Below, in pieces: positions 7,672-14,993 of a DNA stretch of 14,993 nt. The translations under genes were made by a program, and so were the position numbers. The notes under the pieces are model-generated. The model was not told the origin of the DNA, did not search any database, and saw only the letters and a list, made by a program, of their open reading frames with translations. Every line of letters starts with the position of its first letter. Within the stretch, counting starts at the first letter, position 1. The DNA comes from a bacterium (GTDB lineage: Bacteria > Electryoneota > Electryoneia > Electryoneales > Electryoneaceae). The stretch is taken from positions 1 to 14,993 of the forward strand of contig JAZDLX010000112.1 in the NCBI GenBank assembly GCA_043801585.1, in the 5' to 3' direction.

Positions 7672-8312
7672 TTGGGAACCTTCTCCCAATCCTGTAGAAA
7701 CTTTTCGAGGCCGATATCCGTCAAGGGGTGTTTGAGAAGCTGCGCGATCACCTTGAACGGAACCGTCGCGACATCCGCTCCCATCCTGGCAGCCTGTACC
7801 AGGTGGATCGGGTGGCGAACACTCGCCACAAGGACTTCAGTGTTGAACGGGTAATTTCCATAGATATCAATGATCTGTTCGATCAGCTCCATACCTTCCG
7901 TGCTGATGTCATCGAGACGCCCGATGAACGGACTGATGTAGGCGGAGCCCGCTTTCGCCGAGAGCAACGCCTGCATCGGGCTGAAACAGAGGGTATTGTT
8001 AACCTTGATACCCTCGTCCGCGAGAGCCTTCGTCGCCTTCAAGCCTTCCATGATCAGGGGAATCTTAACGACGACATTCGGTCCCATTTTCACCAGATTG
8101 TGGGCTTCGTCCATCATTCCCTTGAAGTCCGTGGCCACGACCTCGAGCGAAACCGGGCCGTCCACCTCGGCGAGAATTTCTTTGGCGACTTCGAGGAATT
8201 TCTTTCCCGTTTTGGCTACCAGGGATGGGTTTGTCGTCACCCCGTCAAGGACACCCAACGCTTTCGCTTCCCGAATTTCCTGGATGTCGGCGGAATCGAT
8301 GAACAGCTTCAT
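7668..8312 (-). CDS. tal: Short-type transaldolase (transaldolase/FSA family)
   Basis: [21 protein letters not shown] (Schiff-base Lys) and LVASVRHP motifs. Glu in VSLEV and Phe in SPFIGR are transaldolase-type residues (FSA has Gln/Tyr). ATG 8312 overlaps the truA stop. Confidence 0.92.
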   Translation of the reverse strand: MKLFIDSADIQEIREAKALGVLDGVTTNPSLVAKTGKKFLEVAKEILAEVDGPVSLEVVATDFKGMMDEAHNLVKMGPNVVVKIPLIMEGLKATKALADEGIKVNNTLCFSPMQALLSAKAGSAYISPFIGRLDDISTEGMELIEQIIDIYGNYPFNTEVLVASVRHPIHLVQAARMGADVATVPFKVIAQLLKHPLTDIGLEKFLQDWEKVPK

Positions 8313-9088
8313 GGTGTTGTACCCCATGGTGATAGTCCCGGACGATCTCCCTCGTCGTCCGTTGGATACCGCACACGCAACAGCGCCAATCCTTCCGGTG
8401 GTGCGGGAACTCCCGTACGACCCGTTCCCGTTTCAATCAACTCCCGCACGTTTTCAAAACTCAGTCTTTCCGCGCCCATTTCAACGAGCGTTCCAACAAT
8501 CGTACGCACCAGCCGCCGAAGAAAGCGATCCGCGGTGATGCGAACAAGCCAGCCATCCTCCTGACGAATCCACTCGATGCTGCGCATCTCGCAAACCGGG
8601 TCATCAACCGGATCCGGCTTTGTGGACAGCACGGTAAAGTCATGCATGCCCATCAGCAGCGAGGAGGCTTTCTGCGCACGTTCCGAATCCCATCCAAATG
8701 GAACGCACCATCCGTTCAACCGTCCGAACACCCCCGGCTCATCGAGCAACCGGTACCCATAGATCCGTTCATAAGCCTGGTAACGGGCGTGAAAACTCTC
8801 TTCAACCTGCCGCGCTCTCCAGACTCGAATCCCCGGAGGGAGCAGCGCATTCACACCTTTCAGAAATATCCGCTCGTTGCGATCCTCCGGGACGTCGGCG
8901 TGAGCCACCTGTCCAACGGCATGAACACCGGTGTCCGTCCGCCCTGCGCCTGTTAAACGTACTTCACGCCCGCCGTAAAAGGACGTCAACGTTTTTTCAA
9001 GAGCCCCCTGGACTGTGGGGACATTCGGTTGTACCTGCCATCCCTGGAACTGCGCACCGTCATATTCCAGATTCAGCCGCAACCTCAT
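8309..9088 (-). CDS. truA: tRNA pseudouridine(38-40) synthase
   Basis: [23 protein letters not shown] (catalytic Asp), [21 protein letters not shown] and APPEGLAL motifs. ATG 9088 overlaps the ecfT stop. Confidence 0.96.
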   Translation of the reverse strand: MRLRLNLEYDGAQFQGWQVQPNVPTVQGALEKTLTSFYGGREVRLTGAGRTDTGVHAVGQVAHADVPEDRNERIFLKGVNALLPPGIRVWRARQVEESFHARYQAYERIYGYRLLDEPGVFGRLNGWCVPFGWDSERAQKASSLLMGMHDFTVLSTKPDPVDDPVCEMRSIEWIRQEDGWLVRITADRFLRRLVRTIVGTLVEMGAERLSFENVRELIETGTGRTGVPAPPEGLALLRVRYPTDDEGDRPGLSPWGTTP

Positions 9089-9900
9089 CGAACGACTCCC
9101 CCGAACCAGATCAGCCAGGGCAAAGACGCCGCTGCCGTCGCGAATGTCTCCCACCCACCCCACGTGGATGGATCGATGGAGGTTCTCTTTCCTGCTGGGT
9201 CGTATCCACGCAGGACAAGAGTTTCCGCGATGTCATCACTTCTCCTCAACCCGGATGCGAGGACGGGGATGAAAAGCGGTATCCACGCTTTCACCCTGCC
9301 CACGGCGCCGGTGCCCGGCGACCAGCCTCGCGCCAGCAACGCCTTGCGAAGGGTCAGCGCCTCTTCAAAGAGAGTCGGCACAAATCGCAGCGCCAATGCG
9401 AGCACGAGAGTGATAGTGCCCACTGGAACCCCGATTTTCGACAACGGGCGTCCCAACGATTCCAGGGCACGTATTCCTTCGAGCGGTCCGATTGTCAACG
9501 ATACCGCGGCACCGAGAATCATCACAGCCGCCAGTCGTCCGGAAAACAGAGCGCCTTTCGCAGCCCCCTCAAGGGTCAGCCGCCACCCGGTTAACGGCAT
9601 TTCCCAAAGCACGTGTCCAGGTGTTGAAAAACCATGCACAACCAATGTAATCAACAACATCCAGCTTAACGCGGCCATCGCCGCCCGCAATCTGCCGAAG
9701 GGAGGTTTCGCAAGAATCAAGCCAACGATGGAAACGGTCGCACAACTCCACAGAGAAGGCCCCCAGGGCAACATCATCAACCCAAGAGCAAGCAGGACGG
9801 CAGAAACGATCCGTGCCCTCGCATCAAGCCGTATTTCCGTTTTCAAACCGGATTTCCCCATCGGATAGGCGAATATAGGTGGGCTCTTCGGAGCGTGCAA
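9085..9900 (-). CDS. ecfT: Energy-coupling factor transporter transmembrane component T (EcfT/CbiQ family)
   Basis: RLDARARI (LDPR-like), several TM helices, LALRFVPTLFEEA, and two xRG coupling motifs (LARG, VLRGY). TTG 9900 has GAGG upstream; ATG 9861 is an alternative start. Confidence 0.88.
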   Translation of the reverse strand: MHAPKSPPIFAYPMGKSGLKTEIRLDARARIVSAVLLALGLMMLPWGPSLWSCATVSIVGLILAKPPFGRLRAAMAALSWMLLITLVVHGFSTPGHVLWEMPLTGWRLTLEGAAKGALFSGRLAAVMILGAAVSLTIGPLEGIRALESLGRPLSKIGVPVGTITLVLALALRFVPTLFEEALTLRKALLARGWSPGTGAVGRVKAWIPLFIPVLASGLRRSDDIAETLVLRGYDPAGKRTSIDPSTWGGWETFATAAASLPWLIWFGGVVR

Positions 9901-10013
9901 TCAACCAACCTCGCCGCTTCCTCCCGCACGAGACGTTCACAAAAATACCGGAATGGTCCAGAGAGGCTGATTCGGCACCAAACTAAGAAAAAAGTCACTG
10001 GACGCACGACAGG

Positions 10014-10038
10014 AAAAGCGGCCTCTTTCAGAGGAGCT
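10014..10038 (-). terminator. Weak hairpin, possible terminator between the PorZ-like gene and ecfT
   Basis: Minus strand AGCT-CCTCT-gaa-AGAGG-CCGCT-TTT about 35-60 nt after the stop at 10074; short stem and short U tract. Confidence 0.3.
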
Positions 10039-10073
10039 CGAAACGGACAACCAGACGATTCACGGTACGAGCA

Positions 10074-12449
10074 TTACTTCCTGATGACGGCCACTTTTCC
10101 GGTGATGCTGTTTCCCCCGGAGCCGGTGACGACGATTAGATAAACGCCGCTCGCCACCCAATCGCCTGAGCTGTTCTTCCCATTCCAACCGTTGAGTGCG
10201 GCTGATTCAAAACTGAGTTCCTGGATCAAACGGCCTGACGGTGTATAAATACGCACTTTTGCACCCGCGGAAAGACTGGTGCTGGAGAACAGCAATGGTC
10301 CATTCCCTCCGTTGCCGACGAGGAGTGGTTGTGGCGCAATCACAATCTCCTGTGGCTGATCCGCAAAATTTCGAAAGGGTGTAGTGACAATACTGATTCC
10401 CTGGGTCGTCCCCAACCAGGCTTCACCTGTTTTGGGATTCAACGCAATTGCATCCACCTGATCCGTGACCAGCGGGCTCGGATACGGACCCTTGTCGGTC
10501 GTGTAATTTCGAACCCAGGTGTAACGATCACGCCCAAGCACCGATACTCCGAAATCGGTCGCGACCCAAATCTGGTCGAGAGGATCCACCGCGACGGAAA
10601 AGGAAAACGTTGAGACTGCTCCGGCAATTCCAACGGGTTCGAGCAGGTTCAACGGTTGTTGAACATCAAGTGAGTAGAGGCCGTTCGGGGTCGCCATCCA
10701 AAGGATGCCTTCCTGATCGAAGGCCATGTCGGCGATATAGGAGATCTCCTGCCAGGTGAATTTCTGGAATGAATCATCGGATGGATCTGTTGGCGTGCCC
10801 GCCGGGTCGTACACCATCAGAGATGGTTGCCTGGAAAACATCCACATATCCTCGCGCGGGTATCCGATCCAGACCCGTCCCTGTTCATCCACTGCCAGCG
10901 TTCCCACGCGGCCGTCGTTCATGCCTTCAGCCGGTCCGAACCGAATCCAGTCATAGGGATCACGGGTTTCCGGGTTCTCTTTCAACCATTCGGCGGGAAC
11001 ATAGAGCAATGCGTTTCCATCATAAGGGACACCATTAGCCAACCACAGGCCACCCGAGGGATCCGCGGCAAAATCCAGCACGTTAAGGAACGGATCCGAA
11101 TCATTGCTGCTGTAACCCTGGAGTGGACTGTTGTGCCGGTCATAATGGACGACAGTGTCAGTTACGGCCGATAGTCGTGCGATCACATGCAATCCATCAC
11201 CGTAGGAACCCACCCAAGCCGCGCCCGACTGATCGATTGCGATGGCCGGCAGGGAGTAATTCATTGTAAACGCACCACTTGGTGAGTTATACTTTGTAAA
11301 GGACGTCCAGGTGCCATTGTGCAGCCGGTATACACCCGCAAGATTCGTACGATTCGCTGTTAACCAGACATCCCCATCCGCCGCAATGACGATTCCACCG
11401 ATTCTGTCCGCACCGATTGTGTTCGGTCGGACCAGATCCCATCCTTCGGGGTCACGGATGAGCAATCCGCCGGGGCCATCGCTTCCCGCCTCCGTTCCCG
11501 CCCAAAGCCGATTCCCGGTCGCAACTAAACCTTGCGTCTGGAAAAGCAGGGGATCGGCGACCAGGATATCACCCTGTCCATTGCTGTCAAAGAGGTGCAA
11601 CCCATTCCACCTTGTAACCGCGACACTGTCATCATCAAAGAAGGCTACTCCACTGATCCCCCAGACGGATCCAAAGCGTACAAACGACACCCCATTGAAT
11701 GTCCACACTCGCGTGTTTGCGGAGAGAAAGAGAGTATCCTCAACCACCTTCAACAAAGTGGTGCTCCCAGCATCTTCAGGTGAGATTCCGAGATCGGCAA
11801 CCCAATCGTAGAATTGCCAAGCCGACGGATTTCGCAGATCGTCGTCAAGCGATCCGCGAACGACTCCCCGATCGCTGCCGACAAAAACCTGGTTGCGCCA
11901 CACTGTGGTTTCCGTGAACTCTACGGATGAAGTCCACGACGCAAGCTGGCGGTACGTTTGACGCACTACCCAACGATCTGTCATATCTGAAACTGGTTCA
12001 AGGCGGGACAGGCCGATGTTGGTAAGAACCCAGGCGATGCCGTTGCGAAGTTCGATATCTTTCAGATCTGTGACGTCTGCGTTTTCAGAAAAATCGGAGA
12101 TCGTTGCAACAACCTTCTCTCGGAGGGGATCGAAGAGGTTGATCGAGCCGTCAGAGAAACCGAGCCACAGCCGCGCATGAGTGGAATCCCAAGCAAGCTC
12201 CTTGACGGTTAATCCTGTGAGCCCGGCGTCCCGGTTGAACAGTTTCATTTCCCCGCTGGATGCCACAGTCATCAACAGGCCGCCATCGGCGCCGCACCAG
12301 ACAGTATCACCTACGGCAACAAGTTCATCGATACTCCATCCTGAAGTGACTGTCCGCCATGTGTCCGCATGACCGGGAGTCCAGAGCAGCAGTATCCCGC
12401 TCACTCCCAGGATGGCAGAAATGAGATAACGCCTTTTTCTACAGGTCAT
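10074..12449 (-). CDS. Secreted PorZ-like tandem beta-propeller protein with T9SS-type / FlgD-Ig C-terminal domain (791 aa)
   Basis: Signal peptide ending GHA-DTWRT; repeated propeller blades (D-x-x-G-x-x-W, WVATDFGVS, WLGTTQGIS); C-terminus IAPQP...VRIYTPSGRLI...WNGKNSSGDWVASGVYLIVV...GKVAVIRK. Size and architecture resemble PorZ; no database search was possible. Confidence 0.75.
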   Translation of the reverse strand: MTCRKRRYLISAILGVSGILLLWTPGHADTWRTVTSGWSIDELVAVGDTVWCGADGGLLMTVASSGEMKLFNRDAGLTGLTVKELAWDSTHARLWLGFSDGSINLFDPLREKVVATISDFSENADVTDLKDIELRNGIAWVLTNIGLSRLEPVSDMTDRWVVRQTYRQLASWTSSVEFTETTVWRNQVFVGSDRGVVRGSLDDDLRNPSAWQFYDWVADLGISPEDAGSTTLLKVVEDTLFLSANTRVWTFNGVSFVRFGSVWGISGVAFFDDDSVAVTRWNGLHLFDSNGQGDILVADPLLFQTQGLVATGNRLWAGTEAGSDGPGGLLIRDPEGWDLVRPNTIGADRIGGIVIAADGDVWLTANRTNLAGVYRLHNGTWTSFTKYNSPSGAFTMNYSLPAIAIDQSGAAWVGSYGDGLHVIARLSAVTDTVVHYDRHNSPLQGYSSNDSDPFLNVLDFAADPSGGLWLANGVPYDGNALLYVPAEWLKENPETRDPYDWIRFGPAEGMNDGRVGTLAVDEQGRVWIGYPREDMWMFSRQPSLMVYDPAGTPTDPSDDSFQKFTWQEISYIADMAFDQEGILWMATPNGLYSLDVQQPLNLLEPVGIAGAVSTFSFSVAVDPLDQIWVATDFGVSVLGRDRYTWVRNYTTDKGPYPSPLVTDQVDAIALNPKTGEAWLGTTQGISIVTTPFRNFADQPQEIVIAPQPLLVGNGGNGPLLFSSTSLSAGAKVRIYTPSGRLIQELSFESAALNGWNGKNSSGDWVASGVYLIVVTGSGGNSITGKVAVIRK

Positions 12450-12461
12450 TGAACCGCCTGA

Positions 12462-12926
12462 TTACAGTTGAGAGTACAGGTTGACCATTTCAACGGCGGA
12501 TTGAGCGGCGTCAAAGCCACGGTTGCCGGCTTTCGTTCCCGCACGTTCAATTGCCTGTTCGATCGTTTCCGCAGTCACGATTCCAAAGATAACGGGGATT
12601 TTCTCGCTCATCCCAAGCTGCGCGAGCCCTTTTGCCGCTTCCGCGGAAACGAGATCGAAGTGCGATGTTGCTCCTCGAATCACAGCTCCGAGGCCGATCA
12701 CCGCATCGAACTTGCCGCCTTGAGCCATCCGGCGCGCCGCAGCGGGAATCTCGAAAGATCCCGGCACCCAAACGACTGTGATGTCGGCGTCTTTTGCGCC
12801 CATCCGGGTCAATCCGTCCAGCGCACCTTCGAGGAGTTTCCTCGTAATGAATTCATTAAACCGGCTGACGACGATCCCGAATTTCTTGCCATCAGCATTC
12901 AACTTGCCCTGCAGTACGTTCGGCAT
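12462..12926 (-). CDS. ribH: 6,7-dimethyl-8-ribityllumazine synthase
   Basis: [30 protein letters not shown] and [15 protein letters not shown] motifs; GGGGAGG SD. Confidence 0.98.
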   Translation of the reverse strand: MPNVLQGKLNADGKKFGIVVSRFNEFITRKLLEGALDGLTRMGAKDADITVVWVPGSFEIPAAARRMAQGGKFDAVIGLGAVIRGATSHFDLVSAEAAKGLAQLGMSEKIPVIFGIVTAETIEQAIERAGTKAGNRGFDAAQSAVEMVNLYSQL

Positions 12927-12941
12927 GGAAGCCTCCCCCTG

Positions 12942-14234
12942 TCACGCATTATGGATCAGGTGACCCATTTTCTCTCGTTTTGTTTTCAGGTAATCCCGAT
13001 TAAGGTCGTTCGGCCGGATTTCGATCGGCACGCGTTCCACCACCTCCAGCCCGTATCCGGAAAGCCCGACGATCTTCTTCGGGTTGTTCGTCATCAGCCG
13101 TATTTTGCGCACTCCAAGATCACGTAGAATCTGGGCTCCGACGCCATATTCACGCAGGTCAGCCTGGAACCCGAGCAGGACGTTCGCCTCGACCGTATCA
13201 TGACCAAGATCCTGAAGCTGGTACGCTTTTAACTTTGCCTCGAGCCCTATTCCACGCCCTTCCTGGCGCATGTAGAGGAAAACTCCCTTCCCCTCCTTTT
13301 CGATCATGTGCAGGCTTTCATCACGCTGTTCACCACAGTCACAGCGCTTGGAACCGAAAACGTCTCCTGTCAGGCACTCGCTGTGAACGCGGACGAGCAC
13401 GGACTCCTCCGGACCCCACTCTCCTTTGACCATCGCAACATGTTCTTTTCCACTCTCCAATTCGCGAAAATGGATGATGCGGAAATCGCCGAATTTGCTC
13501 GGAAGCGGAACATTCACTCTGCGTTCGACAAGACGCTCGGTGCGTTGACGGTATTCGATCAGGTCACGGATCGTGTACATCCGCAGGCCAAATTTCTCCG
13601 ACATCTCGGCGAGTTGGGGAACGCGGGCCATGGTGCCGTCTTCATCCATGATCTCGCACAGCACTCCCATCGGTTTCAGACCGGACAGGTGTGCAAGGTC
13701 CGTTGAGCCTTCCGTATGCCCCGCGCGGCGAAGCACCCCACCCCGTGCCGCGATGATCGGATGGATGTGGCCCGGCCGTGCGAAATCCTCGGGTTTTGTT
13801 TCTGGATCCGTCGCCTTGATGATCGTTTTGCTTCTGTCGGCGGCGCTGATCCCAGTGCTTGTCAATCCGACGGCGTCAATCGTTACCGTAAACTGTGTGC
13901 CATGGAGTGCGGTGTTTTTCTCAACCATCGGCAAGAGATCCAGCTCCTCCGCACGCTCCCGGGTGACCGCCAGACAGATCATTCCGCGGCCGTACTTGGC
14001 CATGAAATTAACCGCCTCCGGTGATGCTTTTTCCGCGGCGATAATCAGATCGCCCTCGTTCTCCCGGTCCTCATCATCCACGAGGATGATCATCCGTCCC
14101 TGACGGATATCCTCAATCGCCAGCTCAATGGGACTGAAGGGATTACGGGCGTCGCTGGAATTCAACCTGCCGGACTCGCTGCTCTCGGAACCGTTGCCGT
14201 CCACGCTGTCGACTCTCTCGTTTGCCTGCAACAT
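12942..14234 (-). CDS. ribBA: Bifunctional DHBP synthase / GTP cyclohydrolase II
   Basis: [22 protein letters not shown] and RAGHTE (RibB); [27 protein letters not shown] and LMTNNPKK (RibA). Start uncertain: ORF is open to GTG 14276; ATG 14234 has GGAGG upstream. Confidence 0.97.
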   Translation of the reverse strand: MLQANERVDSVDGNGSESSESGRLNSSDARNPFSPIELAIEDIRQGRMIILVDDEDRENEGDLIIAAEKASPEAVNFMAKYGRGMICLAVTRERAEELDLLPMVEKNTALHGTQFTVTIDAVGLTSTGISAADRSKTIIKATDPETKPEDFARPGHIHPIIAARGGVLRRAGHTEGSTDLAHLSGLKPMGVLCEIMDEDGTMARVPQLAEMSEKFGLRMYTIRDLIEYRQRTERLVERRVNVPLPSKFGDFRIIHFRELESGKEHVAMVKGEWGPEESVLVRVHSECLTGDVFGSKRCDCGEQRDESLHMIEKEGKGVFLYMRQEGRGIGLEAKLKAYQLQDLGHDTVEANVLLGFQADLREYGVGAQILRDLGVRKIRLMTNNPKKIVGLSGYGLEVVERVPIEIRPNDLNRDYLKTKREKMGHLIHNA

Positions 14235-14298
14235 CTCCTTTTCATCCTCCAGAAACGGGCGGCACACTTCGCTCACCCGGCAACATTTCAGTTATCGA

Positions 14299-14952
14299 TC
14301 AAGTGTCGGACAGGCCAAATCCTGCCTCGATCAGTTTTTCCAACGTTACCCCTTCGCCTCGAACGTGCGGATTCAACATGCGAGCGACGTACTTGGCGAT
14401 CAGATCCCACTCCACATGAAGGCGGTCTCCCGGTTTCCCCGATGATAGAGTTGTCTTCGCAAGGGTGTGCGGAATGATCTCAACCTCAAACCAGCCATTG
14501 CCAAGCCTCGCCACAGTCAGACTGACACCGTCAATGGCGATGCTGCCCTTTTCCACCACAAAGGCGGCGTTTTCCTGCGGCAACTCGAAGCGAAGCCGCC
14601 GGGAATCCTGAAGCTCGCTGACGGACAGCAGCCGGATCATCCCGTCAACATGTCCCTGCACGAGATGGCCGCCAAGCCTGTCCGTCGGACGCATCGCCCT
14701 CTCCAGATTTACCGGATCGCCTGGTCGCAGTTCCCCGAAACGGGTCCGTTGCAGGGTTTCGCGGACCGCTTCAACGGTGAAAATGTGGGAATCGAAAGCG
14801 ACTACCGTCTGGCAGGCTCCCGATACGTTGATGCTGTCGCCGATCTTCAAGTCGTCGAGGACAGCCTTCGCCTCAATCGCGAGCACCGCGGAATCGCCGC
14901 GCGGTGACAGCGAACGGACCTTCCCAACCTCCTCGACGAGTCCTGTAAACAT
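14299..14952 (-). CDS. ribE: Riboflavin synthase (alpha chain)
   Basis: MFTGLVEE start; GDSINVSGACQTV, VNLERA, GGHLVQGHVDG and KGSIAIDGVSLTV motifs; GGGGAGG SD before ATG 14952. Called ribC in E. coli nomenclature. Confidence 0.97.
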   Translation of the reverse strand: MFTGLVEEVGKVRSLSPRGDSAVLAIEAKAVLDDLKIGDSINVSGACQTVVAFDSHIFTVEAVRETLQRTRFGELRPGDPVNLERAMRPTDRLGGHLVQGHVDGMIRLLSVSELQDSRRLRFELPQENAAFVVEKGSIAIDGVSLTVARLGNGWFEVEIIPHTLAKTTLSSGKPGDRLHVEWDLIAKYVARMLNPHVRGEGVTLEKLIEAGFGLSDT

Positions 14953-14993
14953 CAACGGTCCTCCCCGCTGTATGTGACACGCGCCGCGATGAG
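14952..14993 (-). CDS. 3' end of an upstream CDS, probably RibD (partial)
   Basis: Open frame ...LIAARVTYSGEDR* whose TGA overlaps the ribE ATG (TGATG). Identity is inferred only from the usual ribD-ribE-ribBA-ribH order. Confidence 0.5.
   Translation of the reverse strand, partial: LIAARVTYSGEDR

Noticed and set aside
7668..8312. Fructose-6-phosphate aldolase (fsa) assignment
   Set aside because: Active-site Glu (SLEV) and Phe (SPF) indicate transaldolase rather than FSA.
9895..10143. 82-aa + strand ORF spanning the intergenic gap
   Set aside because: No recognisable domain, non-ATG start, opposite to all neighbours and overlapping both flanking genes.
14235..14298. FMN riboswitch or leader between ribE and ribBA
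   Set aside because: Too short and lacks RFN consensus motifs; any riboswitch would lie upstream of the operon, outside the window.

Overview
A GC-rich bacterial housekeeping region with every credible gene on the minus strand. In transcription order (right to left): 3' tip of a probable ribD, then ribE, ribBA, ribH and a PorZ-like beta-propeller protein with a T9SS-type C-terminal domain. After a 173-bp gap comes a tightly coupled 12-gene run: ecfT, truA, tal, an HtrA-family protease, purB, purC, psd, pssA, purS, purQ, tatC and a TatA/TatB-family gene with an unusual histone-H1-like basic tail. The first ~400 bp are non-coding, with convergent terminator-like hairpins flanking a ~100-bp four-way-junction palindromic (REP-like) element. 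Gene content plus strong Shine-Dalgarno use suggests an FCB-group lineage outside Bacteroidia (inference). I see no transposase, integrase, CRISPR array, rRNA, tRNA or defence system, and I cannot support a claim of a wholly new system. The best leads are the Tat subunit with the basic tail, the cruciform element, the orphan ecfT and the PorZ-like gene with an RR-containing signal peptide.
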